From the NCBI RefSeq assembly GCF_030684315.1, contig NC_081387.1, forward strand, positions 23,244,647 through 23,308,646: a stretch of 64,000 nt of DNA. The letters are read 5' to 3'. Source of the DNA: Stegostoma tigrinum (lineage: Eukaryota). How positions within the stretch are numbered: the stretch's first letter is position 1; each line of letters begins with the position of its first letter. The notes beneath the pieces are model-generated. The model was not told the origin of the DNA. It made no database searches and saw nothing but the letters and a program-made list of their open reading frames with translations. Shown in pieces: positions 34,561-47,660 of the stretch. The position numbers and the translations under genes were made by a program.

Positions 34561-34989
34561 CTCCTCGGAACTTGATGCTTTCCGCCCTCTCAACCTCAGC
34601 TCCGTTGCTGCAGACTGGGGCATGTTCTCTTTTCTTCCTGAAGTCAATGATCAGGCAATTTCTCATTGAGACATATCTTTGCTGCACCCATGAACTATTC
34701 TCTTCAACTGCCTACCACTTTTCCTCAATTGTCTTTGCTGCTAAACTCCTTTCCCACACCAGCCTCGTGAACTCTGCCTTCATTCTTTCATAATCATACT
34801 TATTTAAGCTTAATACTTCTGATTCCAATGCAACTTGCTCCTTGTCAAACAGAATGCTACATTTTATGATATTATGGTCACTGTTTCCTTGGAGATATTT
34901 TACTCGGCCATCGTTTATTCAACCTGCCTCTTTACATGTCACCACCTCTTAAAAATAAACCCTGATGCCTGGTTGGATCCAGAACATAT

Positions 34990-35249
34990 TGTCCGTCTTC
35001 CCTGGACTTACCTATCCCTTCACCTATACTCTCATCTCCACCTATCTTCTTTTCTCTCCATCTTCAGTCAGCCTCCCCTTCTCTCCCTATTTATTCCAGT
35101 TCCCTCTCCCCATCCCCCTCTCTGATGAAGGGTCTAGGCCCGAAACGTCAGCTTTTGTGCTCCTGAGATGCTGCTTGGCCTGCTGTGTTCATCCAGCCTC
35201 ACACTTTGTTATCTTGGATTCTCCAGCATCTGCAGTTCCCATTATCGCT
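34990..35249 (+). mobile_element. Solo Neptune/Penelope 3' terminal fragment with HHR (duplicate at 61012-61272)
   Basis: Matches 58257-58520; HHR core at 35122-35149. Confidence 0.88.
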
Positions 35250-36329
35250 TGAGGAAACTGCCCTGAGTCCTTTTTCATGCCAATCTCTGCCAATCTCACA
35301 TCACATTCAAATGATGATTAAAGTCATCCATGATTAATGTACTCTGTTACATGAGCTCAGTATCTCCGAATGTTCTCTGTCCTACCATGCAGCTACTTCT
35401 CTGGGAGCTACAGATTACTCCGATCAGAGTTTTCATCCTGTGTTTATTGCGTGCTCATTGGATTCTACATTTTCTGATCCAAGGTCATTTCTTGCTATTG
35501 TGCTTATCCCATTCTGGAAAAACATTATTACCCCATCACCTTTTTCTTCCTGCTTACCCTTTTGAAAAGTCACATACACTTGAATATTTAGTTCCCAGCT
35601 TTGATCTCCTTGTAACTGTTGTCTCCATAATGACTATAAAATCAACGCTTTTATCCGGTATTTGAGATGTTCATTGAATTGTTCTGAATACTACGTGCAT
35701 TCCAGAGGAATTAATTTTGCCCTTTTTTCTCCCAATGGCCCTGTTTACTGCTGTTATTCTGTGTCTGTCTATTCTGCCCCTTCCTGCCCGACTCAGGGTG
35801 TTGTTATCCAAATAGGCGATCCATAATGCTGCCATTTCCTCTTGCTTTGGAAACCTGCATTTCACCTCTCCCAAACCCTTCCTCTGTCGAATGAAGGTAA
35901 AGCTTTCTCTACAGCCCTTGTTATTCGATTCACTGGGGCTTTGGTTATAGCAGGGTTCAAGTGAAGCCTATCCTATCAGAACCACTCCCTCCTGTCCCAG
36001 TACTGGTCCCAGTGCCCATGAACTGGATCCCATTCCACTCCCACCAATCTTTGAGCCATGGACCCACAGGGAAATATAAATTGATTTCACTCAACAAATT
36101 GGAAATAAAATGGTGGCATCAATCCAGAGATCAGACCTAAATGGCAACTCTATATTGCTGTCCGATCATGCCTACTTCTGGATTCTGATTTCCCTGTGCT
36201 TATGTTTATGAAATCCTGATCATTCTCAATATCTCAATCTTCAACCTACCGAAGTCAAGACATTACAAATCACATTCATGCAACCTTTTCCTCGGGATAT
36301 AATGCTCCACGTGCTGGCTTCATTCCAGT

Positions 36330-37285
36330 GATAAAACAAAACATATTCAAAAGAAAGGAGGGAGGTGAAAAAGGGTAAATGTAGGCTGTTTAGCCGAACA
36401 TCTATAGCTGGAAACATGACGGAAACAGCAGAGTTGGAAAATCATAATCTAATCAAACAGAGTCTGCGTGGCTTCATGAAATGGAACTTGTATCTGACTA
36501 ATTCCTTTGCAATTTTCAAGGAAGCCTCAACCAGCGTGGGTACAGGGGAAACCATTAATGTGTTATATTTGGACTTCCAGAAGTTGTTGTACAAGGTACC
36601 ATGCGGTTAAGTTTGGTTTAGCTCAGTTCACTAGACGTTTGGTTTGTAAAACAGTGTGATGCTAACATTGCGGGTGCAATCCCTGCCCTGGCTGAGGTTA
36701 CCCTGAAGGACTCTCCTTCTCAATCCTTCCCCTTGCCTGTGGTGTGGGTGCCTGCAGCTTAAATCACCACCAGTAACTCTGTCTAATGAGAAAGCAGCCG
36801 GATGGTCTGGTAAGACTGTGGCAACTGGAGGTAGTATATCGGCATGAGTAGAGAATTGGCCCATGAGCAGGAAGCAGTCAGTGGGGATAAGGGACCCTTT
36901 TTCAGGTTGGTGACCTGTGACCAGTGGCATTCCACAAGGTTCAGTGCTGGGATCACAGCAGTGTATAATCGATATCAATGACTTGGAGGCAGGAAGCAAG
37001 TTTACTGTAGCCAAGTGTGCAAATGACACGAAGAAAGATGGAAAGGCAATTTGTGAGAGGGAAATAAACAGTTTATAGAGAGATGTTGGTAAGTTAAGCA
37101 AATGAGCAAAGAGCTGGCAAATGCAGTATAATGTGGGAAAATGTGATGTTGTTCATTTTGGAAGGGATAACAAGAGAACACAGTATTGTTTCAATGGAGG
37201 AAAAGTGCAGAAAGCTGCAACACGAAAGGGACTTGTGCACGAAATGCGAAAAGCTAGCAAACAGGTACAGCAGGTAATCAGGAAG
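36330..37285 (+). mobile_element. Decayed CR1 RT fragment with an inserted tRNA-SINE (about 36612-36822)
   Basis: LYLDFQK and PQGSVLG remnants; the insert starts ggtttagctcagtt...gggtgcaatccc. Confidence 0.6.
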
Positions 37286-38121
37286 GACCACAGTCCAAAG
37301 ATGTGCATGTTCAGTGGATTTGCTACATTAAGTTGACTATCATGTCCAGGGATCTGCAGGCGAGGTGTATCAGCCATGAGATGTGTGGAGTTACACGAAG
37401 AGGGTAGTGGGTTGTGTTTGGGTCAGTGCAGACTCGATGGGTGGAATGGCCTCTTGTGCACTGCAGGGTTCTGTGATTTTTCCTGTCTATTATTGGCCTT
37501 ACTTAAGTTGATGACACTGGGTTGAGAATGGAGCTGCTGGCCTTCAAACTGAATTTGAAATTTTACCACATTATGCTCACAAGCTCATATTCATTGATTT
37601 CCATTGACACAGTCAGTTCATCTATCTTGTTTAAAATGCTGCATGCTCTCAGATGAAGAGCTCTGAACATTGACTTTCCACCATTTCTATGTATTCTGGT
37701 TCTGTTTCTGCTACACTCTTAGAGCCAAGAGTAATGATTAGGCCCTTCAGCCCATTGAGGCTGCATCAAACAAATTAAATCACCGAACTACACTGATCTC
37801 ACTTTGCAGCACTGGGCCCAAAGCCGGGAATGTTAGACATTGGAAGTGCTCATCCATGTATTTTTAAAGGTTCTGCCAATCCTCTCAGTCAGCTCATTCC
37901 AGATTCCCACATCCTGTGGGTGAAAAATATTTTCCTCAGATTCCCCCTAAACCTCCTGCTCTTCTTCTTAAAATTATGTCCCTTCAATATTGACCCTTCA
38001 ACTGAGGGCAACAGTCATTTCCCATCTACCCTGTCCATGCCCCTCATAATCTTACCCTCCTCAATCAGGCCCCCCTCCCACCTCAGCCTTCTCTTCTCCA
38101 AAGGAAACAACCTGAGCCTTA

Positions 38122-38413
38122 GGGCCACACGGTGTCTCAGTGGTTAGCACTGCAGCCTCACAGCGCCAGGGACCCGGGTTCAATTCCAGCCTCGGGTGAC
38201 TGTCTGTGTGGAGTTTGCACATTCTCCCCGTGTCTATGTGGGTTTCCTCCAGGTGCTCCGGTTTCCTCCTACAGTCCAAAGATGTGCTGGCTAGGTGGAT
38301 TGGCCATGCTAAATTGCCCGTAGTGTTCAGCGGTGTGTGGGTTGTAGGGGGATGGGTCTGGGTGGGATTCTCCAAGGGGCGGTATGGACTTGTTGGGCCG
38401 AAGGGCCTGTTTC
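38122..38413 (+). mobile_element. HE1-type SINE; its tail resumes at 46202-46230 (duplicate at 63163-63454)
   Basis: A/B boxes gtctcagtggttagc / gggttcaattcc; ends gaagggcctgtttc and continues tgtttccacactgtaggga at 46202. Confidence 0.88.
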
Positions 38414-41400
38414 AAGGTAAGCTTCTCTTTTTTTTACTTTCTGTTTGGGGGATTAGCAGGGATGGCAGTGCAGGTAGAGGACTGTTCCTCCTGCATGATG
38501 TATGAGGTGAGGGACGCCATTAGTGTCCCATCCAAATACGTCTACAGGAAGTGCACCCAACTCTTGCTCCTCCAAGACGGCGTTAGGGAACTGGAGCGGG
38601 AGCTGGATGAACTTCGGATCATTCGGGAGGCAGAGTCAGTGATAGGCAAGAGTTAGAGGGAAGTAGTTACTCCTAAGCGTGAAGAAAGCTGGGTAACTGT
38701 TAGAAGGGGGAAGAAGCAGTCAGTGCAGGGATCCCCTGTGGTCATTCCCCTGAAAAACAAGATTCCCGCTTTGGATACTGTTGGCGGGGACGACTTACCA
38801 GGGGCATGCAGTGGGGTGCAGGTCTCTGGCACAGAGTTTGTCCCTCTTGCACAGAAGAGAAGGGGGGATAGGAAGAGAGTGATTGTCATTGGGGACTCAA
38901 TAGTCAGAGGGACTTACAGAAGGTTTGCCGGGAACGAAAGAGACTCACGGTTGGTGTGTTGCCTCCCAGGTGCCAGGGCCCGTGATGTCTCGGATCTTGT
39001 CTTTGGGGTCCTGAAGGGAGAGGGTGACGAGCCCCAAATCATGGTCCACATAGGCACCGACGACAGAGGTAGAAAGAGGGATAGGGATGTCAGGTAGGAT
39101 TTCAGGAAGCTAGGGTGGAAGCTGAGAGCTAGAAAAAACAGAGTGGTTACCTCTGGTTTGTTACCCGTGTAACGTGATTGTGAAGCGAAGAACAGGGAGA
39201 GATTTCAGCTGAATACGTGGCTGCAGGGATGGTGCAGGAGGGAGGGCTTCAGGGACATGGACAGTTGGGGCTCATTCCGGGGAAGGTGGGACATCTACAA
39301 ACAGGACAGTCTCCACTTGAACCAGAGGGGCACTAATATCCTGGGTGGGAAACTTGCTAGTGCTGTTCGGGTGGATTTAAATTAGCTCGGAAGGGGGATG
39401 GGAAACTGAGGTGTAGTCCTAGTACACAGGAGGATGAGCGTAGGGAGGACATGGACAGGACCTCACTGTAACAGGAGAGTGCTGGCAAACAGCAAGCTGG
39501 ATTGAAGGGGGTCTACTTTAACGCCAGGAGTATCCAGAATAAGGTAGGTGAGCTTGCAGCATGGGTTAGTACCTGGGACTTTGATGTTGCAGCCGTTTTG
39601 GAGACATGGATAGAGCAGGGTCAGGAATGGACATTGCAGGTTCCAGGGTTGAGATCTTTCATTAAGGTCAGGGAAGGTGGTGAAAGAGGGGGAGGTGTGG
39701 CTTTGTTAGTCAAGGACAGTATAACGGCGGCTGAAAGAACCTTTGATGAGGACTCGTCTACTGAGGTGGTATGGGCTGAGGTTGCCGAGGAAGGTTTGTC
39801 AACTGAGTCAGTATGGGTGGAAGTTAGGAACAGCAAGGGAGCAGTCACCCCACTGGGGGTTTTCTACAGACCCCCAAATAGCAGTAGGGAGATCGAAGAA
39901 CTCATAGGCCGGCAGATTGTTGAAAAGTGCAAACGTAGCAGGTTTGTTGTTATGGGTGACTTCAACTTTCCCAATATAGATTGGAACCTCCTTAGTGCAG
40001 ATGGTTTGGATGGAGCCGTTTTTGTCGGGTGTGTTCAGGAGGGCTTCCTTACTCAGTATGTGGACAGGCCGACGAGGGGGGGAGGCCATTTTGGATTTGG
40101 TGCTCAGCGATGAGCCAGGACAGGTGTCAGATCACGTGGTGGGAGAACACTTTGGCGACAGCGACCACAACAGCCTCACATTTACCACAGCCATGGAAAG
40201 GGAAAGGAGCAGTTACCAGGGGGAGATATTTAACTGGGGAAAAGGAAAGTATGAAGCTATCAGACAGGAGTTGGGAAGTACAGATTGGGAGCAATTGTTC
40301 CACAGAAAGGGCACAACAGACATGTGGAGGCTGTTTAAGGAGCAGTTGTTGCAAGTGATGCATAAATTTGTTCCTCTGAGACAGGTAAGAAGGGGTAAGA
40401 TTAAGGAGCCTTGGATGACGGGTACAGAGTGGCTTCTTGTCAAAAAGAAACAGGCAGTTTACGTAAGGTGGAGGAAGCAAGGGTCTAGCACAGCTTTAGA
40501 CGATTACAGGCTTGCTCGGAAGGAGTTCAAAAGTGGACTGAGGAGGGCCAGGAGGGGGCACGCGAAAGGCTTGGCAGGAAGGATTAGGGAGAACCCGAAG
40601 GCATTTTACTCATACGTGAGGAATAAGAGAATGATCAGGGAGAAGGTAGGGCTGATCAGGGATACAGTAGGGAACTTGTGTGTGGAGTCTGAGCAGATAG
40701 GGGAAGCCCGAAATGAGTTTTTTGCTTCGGTTTTCACTCAGGAAAGGGACCTTGTTGTGAATGAGAACTTTGAGGAGCAGGTAAACAGGCTTGAACAGAT
40801 CAAGATTGAGGAAGTTGATGTGCTGGAAATTTTGGCAAACATTAAGATCGATAAGTCCCCAGGGCCAGACCAGATTTATCCAAAGTTGCTCCGCGAGGCG
40901 AGAAAGGAGGTTGCTAAGCCACTGGCGAAGATCTTTGCTTCCTCACTCTCCATGGGAGTCGTACCGGAAGATTGGAGGGAGGCAAATGTTGTTGTTCTTT
41001 TCAAGAAAGGGACAAGGGAAATCCCTGGAAATTACAGACCAGTCAGTCTTATGTCTGTGGTCAGCAAGGTTTTGGCAAGAATTCTGAGGGATAGGATTTA
41101 TGACTATTTGAAAAAGCATAGCGTGATTAAAGGGAGTCAGCATGGCTTTGTGAGGGGCAGGCCATGTCTTACAAATCTGCTTGAGTTCTTTGAGGAAGTC
41201 ACGAGACAGGTTGACGAGGGTCGAGAGTGGATGTGGTGTACATGGACTTCAGCAAGGCATTTGATAAGGTTCACCACAGCAGGCTCATTCATAAAGTCAG
41301 GAGGTATGGGATACAGGGTGATTTGGCTGTCTGGATTCAGAATTGGTTGGCTGACAGAAGGCAGAGAGTGGTTGTAGATGGTAAGTATTCTGCCTGGAGG

Positions 41401-42314
41401 TCAGTGCTGCGTGGTGTCCCGCAGGGCTCTGTTCTTGGGCCTCTGCTCTTGTAGTTTTTATAAATGACTTGGATGAGGAGGTTGAGGGGTGGGTTAGTAT
41501 GTTTGCTGATGACACAAAGGTTGGAGGTGCCGTGGATAGTATCGAGGGCTATTGCAGGCTTCAGCGAGACATTGACAGAATGCAGAGCTGGGCTGAGAAA
41601 TGGCAGATGGAGTTCAACCTGGATAAATGCAAAGTGATGCATTTTGGAAGGTCGAACTTAAATGCTGAATATAGGATTAAAGGCAGGATTCTCGGCAGTG
41701 TGGAGGAACGGCGGGATCTTGGTGTTCAAGTGCATAGCTCCCTCAAAGTTGCCACCCAAGTGGATAAGGTTGTTCAGAAAGCATATGTTGTTTTGGCTTT
41801 CATTAACAGGGCAATCGAGTTTAAGAGCTGCGAGGTTATGCTGCAGCTCTACAAAACCCTGGTGAGACCACACTTGGAATATTGTGTCCAGTTCTGGTCG
41901 CCCTATTATAGGAAAGATGTGGAGGCTTGGGAGAGGGTGCAAAGGAGGTTTACCAGGATGCTGCCTGGACTGGACGGCTTGTCATGAGGAGAGGTTGATT
42001 GAGCTCAGACTTTTCTCTCTGGAGAGAAGGAGGAAGAGAGGTGACCTGATCGAGGTGTACAAAGTAATGAGAGGCATGGATAGAGTCGATAGCCAGAGAC
42101 TATTCCCCAGGGCAGGATTGACTGCCACGAGGGGTCATAGTTTTAAGGTGTTAGGAGGAAGGTATAGAGGTGACGTCAGAGGGACGTTCTTCACCCAGAG
42201 AGTTGTGAGCGCATGGAATAGTTTACCAGTGGTAGTTGTGGAAGCAGTCATTAGTGACACTTAAGCGACTGCTAGACATGCACTTGGACAGCAGTGAATT
42301 GAGGGGAATGTAGG

Positions 42315-45300
42315 ATAATAAAATGTGAGGCTGGATGAACACAGCAGGCCAAGCAGCATCTCAGGAGCACAAAAGCTGACGTTTCGGGCCTAGACCCTTC
42401 ATCAGAGAGGGGGATGGGGTGAGGGTTCTGGAATAAATAGGGAGAAAGGGGGAGGCGGACCGAAGATGGAGAGAAAAGGAGATAGGTGGAGAGGAGAGTA
42501 TACGTGGGGAGGTAGGGAGGGGATAGGTCAGTCCAGGGAAGACGGACAGGTCAAGGAGGTGGGATGAGGTTAGTAGGTAGGAGATGGAGGTGCGGCTTGG
42601 GGTGGGAGGAAGGGATGGGTGAGAGGAAGAACAGGTTAGGGAGGCAGAGACAGGTTGGACTGGTTTTGGAATGCAGTGGTGGGAGGGGAAGAGCTGGGCT
42701 GGTTGTGTGGTGCATTGGGGGGAGGGGACAAATTGGGCTGGTTTTGGGATGCGGTGGGGGAAGGGGAGACTTTGAAGCTAGTGAAGTCCACATTGATACC
42801 ATTGGGCTGCAGGGTTCCCAAGCGGAATATGAGTTACTATTCCTGCAACCTTCGGGTGGCATCATTGTGGCACTGCAGAAGGCCCATGATGGACATGTCA
42901 TCTAAAGAATAGGAGGGGGAGTGGAAATGGTTTGCGACTGGGAGGTGCAGTTGTTTACTGCGAACCGAGCGGAGGTGTTCTGCAAAGCGGTCCCCAAGCC
43001 TCCGCTTGGTTTCCCCAATGTAGAGGAAGCCACACCGGGTACAGTGGATGCAGGTTACCACATTGGCAGATGTGCAGGTGAACCTCTGCTTAATGTGGAA
43101 AGTCATCTTGGGGCCTGGGATGGGGGTGAGGGAGGAGGTGTGGGGGCAAGTGTAGCATTTCCTGCGGTTGCAGGGGAAGGTGCTGGGTGTGGTGGGGTGG
43201 ACTACAGTCTACATTTCAGCCTTCCCAATTTGGCCCCAACCATGACCACCTCTACACCCAGAATATTCAGACCCTTCAGAAGCATTTCTCCCTGCGAGTC
43301 CTGAAACAGACACTCGCAGCCATGCGCCGACGCCTCCACATACTGCAATCCAGCCTGCCCAGCTCAGAGCCTCCCTCTCCCAGACCTGCAAAGGACCTCT
43401 GCTGTTTTTTATCCTCCGCAGGATCCACAGACTGAACACCCAGTTTCACTCAGCTTTGCTGGACACCAAAAATCGTAAGTACAACAAACTCACTGGCCCC
43501 TGCCACCCACAAGAGGATTCCTGCGCCTCCCAAATCCCGAGTCTGTCCCTGCCCCTCCCCCACCATGCACCCGCCGCCATTGACCATGAGGACACGGCCG
43601 GAGACCCACCAATGACGTCACATCCGCCTCCGCCGGCCACACCACTTACGGGACTGCTGCTGCAGTTACCGCCTCCACTTCCAGTTACAACACCTCACAC
43701 ACCACCTTTACCGCAGCTGCTGCCGCCCTCCCCGCTCCACCAACCGGCGGCGGACCCCCGCCCACGGCCGACGCCGACGGAACCCCGCCCACGGCCGACG
43801 ACTTCATCGCTCCGCCCACAACCTCCGCAGCCAGCAACCCCAGAGAAGACAGCCACACTGAACCCTCCCGCATCTTCACCATCCCCCCAGACCTCCCACT
43901 GACTGAGGACGAACGGTCAGTCCTTAGTAAGGGGCTCACCTTTGTCCCCCTACAACCACACATCAACCAATACCAGTCACGGTTGGACATAGAACAGTTT
44001 TTCCGCCGCTTTCGCCTCCACGCTTTCTCCTTCCCAAAATCCACAAACCTGCCTGCCCTGGTCGACCCATCGTCTCAGCCTGCTCCTGCCCCACCGAACT
44101 CATCTCCACCTATCTGGACTCCATTTTCTCCCCTTTGGTCCAGGAACTCCCTACGTACGTCCGTGACACCACCCACGCCCTCCACCTCCTCCAGGACTTC
44201 CAATTCCCTGGCCCCCAACACCTCATTTTCACCATGGACGTCCAGTCCCTATACACCTGCATTCCGCATGCAGATGGCCTCAAGGCCCTCCGCTTCTTCC
44301 TGTCACGCAGGCCCGACCAGTCCTCCTCCACCGACACCCTCATCCGCCTAGCCGAACTCGTCCTCACCATCAACAACTTCTCTTTCGATTCCTCCCACTT
44401 CCTACAGACTAAGGGGGTGGCCATGGGCACCCGCATGGGCCCCAGCTACGCCTGCCTCTTTGTAGGTTACGTGGAACAGTCCCTCTTCCGCACCTACACA
44501 GGCCCCAAACCCCACCTCTTCCTCCGTTACATTGATGACTGTATCGGCGCCGCCTCTTGCTCCCCAGAGGAGCTCGAACAGTTCATCCATTTCACCAACA
44601 CCTTCCACCCCAACCTTCAGTTCACCTGGGCCATCTCCAGCACATCCCTCACCTTCCTGGATCTCTCAGTCTCCATCTCAGGCAACCAGCTTGTAACTGA
44701 TGTCCATTTCAAGCCCACTGACTCCCACAGCTACCTAGAATACACCTCCTCCCACCCACCCTCCTGCAAAAATTCCATCCCCTATTCCCAATTCCTCCGC
44801 CTCCGCCGCATCTGCTCCCACGATGAGGCATTCCACTCCCGCACATCCCAGATGTCCAAGTACTTCAAGGACCGCAACTTTCCCCCCACAGTGGTCGAGA
44901 ACGCCCTTGACCGCGTCTCCCGCATTTCCCATAACACATCCCTCAGACCCTGCCCCCTCCACAACCGGCCAAAGAGGATCCCCTTCGTTCTCACACACCA
45001 CCCCACCAACCTCCGGATACAACGCATCATCCTCCGACACTTCCGCCATCTACAATCCGACCCCACCACCCAAGACATTTTTCCATCCCCACCCGTGTCT
45101 GCTTTCCGGAGAGACCACTCTCTCCGTGACTCCCTTGTTCACTCCACACTGCCCTCCAACCCTACCACACCCGGCACCTTCCCCTGCAACCGCAGGAAAT
45201 GCTACACTTGCCCCCACACCTCCTCCCTCACCCCTATCCCAGGCCCCAAGATGACTTTCCACATTAAGCAGAGGTTCACCTACACATCTGCCAATGTGGT

Positions 45301-46078
45301 ATACTGCATCCACTGTACCCGGTGTGGCTCCCTCTACATTGGGGAAACCAAGCGGAGGCTTGGGGACCACTTTGCAGAACACCTCTGCTCGGTTCGCAAT
45401 AAACAACTGCACCTCCCAGTCGCAAACCATTTCCACTCCCCCTCCCATTCTTCAGATGACGTGTCCATTATGGGCCTCCTGCAGTGCCACAATGATGCCA
45501 CCCGAAGGTTGCAGGAACAGCAACTCATATTCCGCTTGGGAACCCTGCAGCCCAATGGTATCAATGTGGACTTCACCAGCTTCAAAATCTCCCCTTCCCG
45601 CACCGCATCCCAAAACCAGCCCAGTTCGTCCCTTCCCCCCACTGCACCACACAACCAGCCCAGCTCTTCCCCTCCACCCATTGCATCCCAAAACCAGTCC
45701 AACCTGTCTCTGCCTCCCTAACCTGTTCTTCCTCTCACCCATCCCTTCCTCCCACCTCAAGCCGCACCTCCATCTCCTACCTACTAACCTCATCCCACCT
45801 CCTTGACCTGTCCGTCTTCCCTGGACTGACCTATCCCCTCCCGACTTCCCCATGTATACTCTCCTCTCCACCTATCTTCTTTTCTCTCCATCTTCGGTCT
45901 GCCTCCCCCTCTCTCCCTATTTATTCCAGAAACCTCACCCCATCCCCCTCTCTGATGAAGGGTCTAGGCCCGAAACGTCAGCTTTTGTGCTCCTGAGATG
46001 CTGCTGGGCCTGCTGTGTTCATCCAGCCTCACATTTCATTATCTTGGATTCTCCAGCATCTGCAGTTTCCATTATCAC
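42315..46078 (+). mobile_element. Penelope-like (Neptune-type) element 1 with inverted 5' arm (42315-43198 minus; 43199-46078 plus)
   Basis: TSD tgaggggaatgtagg at 42300-42314 and 46079-46093; RT + GIY-YIG ORF; internal deletion near 44025; HHR cores at 42378-42405 (-) and 45952-45979 (+). Confidence 0.93.
44135..45721 (+). CDS. Penelope-like RT + GIY-YIG endonuclease (C-terminal part of a disrupted ORF)
   Basis: MDVQSLYTCIP, QTKGVAMGTRMGPSYA, RYIDD, Cys-rich linker PCNRRKCYTCPH, NVVYCIHCTRCGSLYIGETKRRL..F.EH, GIN. Confidence 0.9.
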   Translation: MVQELPTYVRDTTHALHLLQDFQFPGPQHLIFTMDVQSLYTCIPHADGLKALRFFLSRRPDQSSSTDTLIRLAELVLTINNFSFDSSHFLQTKGVAMGTRMGPSYACLFVGYVEQSLFRTYTGPKPHLFLRYIDDCIGAASCSPEELEQFIHFTNTFHPNLQFTWAISSTSLTFLDLSVSISGNQLVTDVHFKPTDSHSYLEYTSSHPPSCKNSIPYSQFLRLRRICSHDEAFHSRTSQMSKYFKDRNFPPTVVENALDRVSRISHNTSLRPCPLHNRPKRIPFVLTHHPTNLRIQRIILRHFRHLQSDPTTQDIFPSPPVSAFRRDHSLRDSLVHSTLPSNPTTPGTFPCNRRKCYTCPHTSSLTPIPGPKMTFHIKQRFTYTSANVVYCIHCTRCGSLYIGETKRRLGDHFAEHLCSVRNKQLHLPVANHFHSPSHSSDDVSIMGLLQCHNDATRRLQEQQLIFRLGTLQPNGINVDFTSFKISPSRTASQNQPSSSLPPTAPHNQPSSSPPPIASQNQSNLSLPP

Positions 46079-47369
46079 TGAGGGGAATGTAGGTTAGGTT
46101 ATTTTATTTTTGGATTAGGATTATTCCACGGCACAACATAGTGGGGCCGAAGGGCCTGTACTGTGCTGTACTTTTCTATGTTCTATGTCCTATATGTTCT
46201 ATGTTTCCACACTGTAGGGAATCTAATCTTAACTAATCGTCTATCCAATCTCTCTTCATAGCTCAACTACTCCAATCTAGGCACCATCCTGGTGAGTCTT
46301 CACTCCACCCCTTACAGAGCAATCACATTCATTCTATAGTGCAGTGACCAGAACCGTACACTGTACTGCAGTAGTGGCCTAACTGAAGCCCTGTATAACT
46401 CCAATATAATCCCCCTGCTCTAATAATCTGTGCCATGATTCATAAAGGCAAGTGCCCATGTGCCTTATTTACCATCCAATTAACCTGTCCTGCCATCTTC
46501 AGGGATCAGTCGACAATCACACCAAGACCTCTCTGTTCCTCTTAGCTTCCTTTGAAATACAATTCACAGGCCACCATTGTTTTGTCACATCTTCTAAAGA
46601 GCATCATGTCACACTTTTCAGGATTAATTTCTATGTACCACTGATATGCCGATCTCACCAACCTGTGGACAGGGTCTTGTCACCTAAAAGTCCCTCCTCA
46701 CTATTAACCATCCAACAATCTTTGTGTTATCTGGAAATTTACAGAATATTTCTTTCACATTCTCATCCCGATTATCTATATAAATTACAAACAATATGGG
46801 ACGAAGCGCGGATCCCTGTGGCATGTCACTGGACACTAGATTCCAGTCACACAAACAGCATTTCACCCCATCCTCTGTCTCCGACCACTTAGACAATTTT
46901 GGATCCATTTTGCCAAATTACCTTAAATGCAAAGCACTTTTCCATTCTTTATCAGTCTCCCATGTGAGACCCTGTCAATGGCTTTGCTGAAATCCATATA
47001 AACCACATCACTGCGTTACCCTCACCCAAACATTTGGTCATCTCCTCAAAAAATTCAGTCAAATCTGTTCAGCACGGCCTCCCTCTGAAAACACTCTGCT
47101 GACTATTCCTGATCAAATCTCGCCTGTCTGAATGGAGATTACTTCTCTCCTTCGGAATTATCTCCGATAGTTGATGCATGACTCACTGGTCTGTGATTCC
47201 CTTGTTTATTGCTAACAGCTTCTTGGAAAGTGGAAACACATCAGCTGTCCTCCAGTCCTCTGGCATCTCCCCTGTAGCCAGAGAAGAATTAAAAATGTGT
47301 GTCAGGGCCCCTGTAATTATCTCTCTCACTTCACACAGCAGCCTGGGATACAACTTTTCTTGTAATTCA

Positions 47370-47660
47370 TTCACAGGAAGTGGATGTCACTGGCTGTGCC
47401 AGCATTGTTTTATTGCCCTGGGGGTATTTATGAGTCAATCACATTGCTGTGGGTCTGGAGTCACATGTGGGCCAGACCAGGTAATGATGGCAGTTTCTTT
47501 CCCTAAAGGACATTAGTGAATCAGATGGGATTTCTGACAATCAACAATGGCTTCATGGTCATTTTTAAACTTTTAATTGCAGATTTTCATTAAATTCAAA
47601 ACCCATCATCTACCAGGGCAGAATTCAAACCCCAGTCCCCAGAAGATGACCAGGATCCTT
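47370..47660 (-). mobile_element. tRNA-headed bipartite SINE copy
   Basis: Reverse complement of 13700-13980. Confidence 0.7.

Larger units (their letters stand above)
31345..38958 (+). repeat. Segmental duplication, copy A (paralogous to 52285-64000)
   Basis: Colinear, highly similar sequence including shared nested TEs; near-identical ORF pairs such as 32895/58915, 34082/60105, 38653/63695. Confidence 0.95.
38414..46201 (+). mobile_element. Full-length chimeric CR1 LINE (ORF1 Zn-finger/coiled-coil/SGNH esterase from 38462; ORF2 39502-42264), 3' UTR split by a Penelope element
   Basis: ORF1 CSSC..RKC, LERELDEL, VIGDSIVRG, CLPGA, VHIGTDD; ORF2 APE + RT with a few frameshifts; tail at 46170-46203; flanked by tgtttc repeats. 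Confidence 0.92.

Noticed and set aside
38417-38459. GTAAGC...TAGCAG mini-intron before the CR1 ORF1 ATG
   Set aside because: At 43 nt it is too short for a typical vertebrate intron; no other support.
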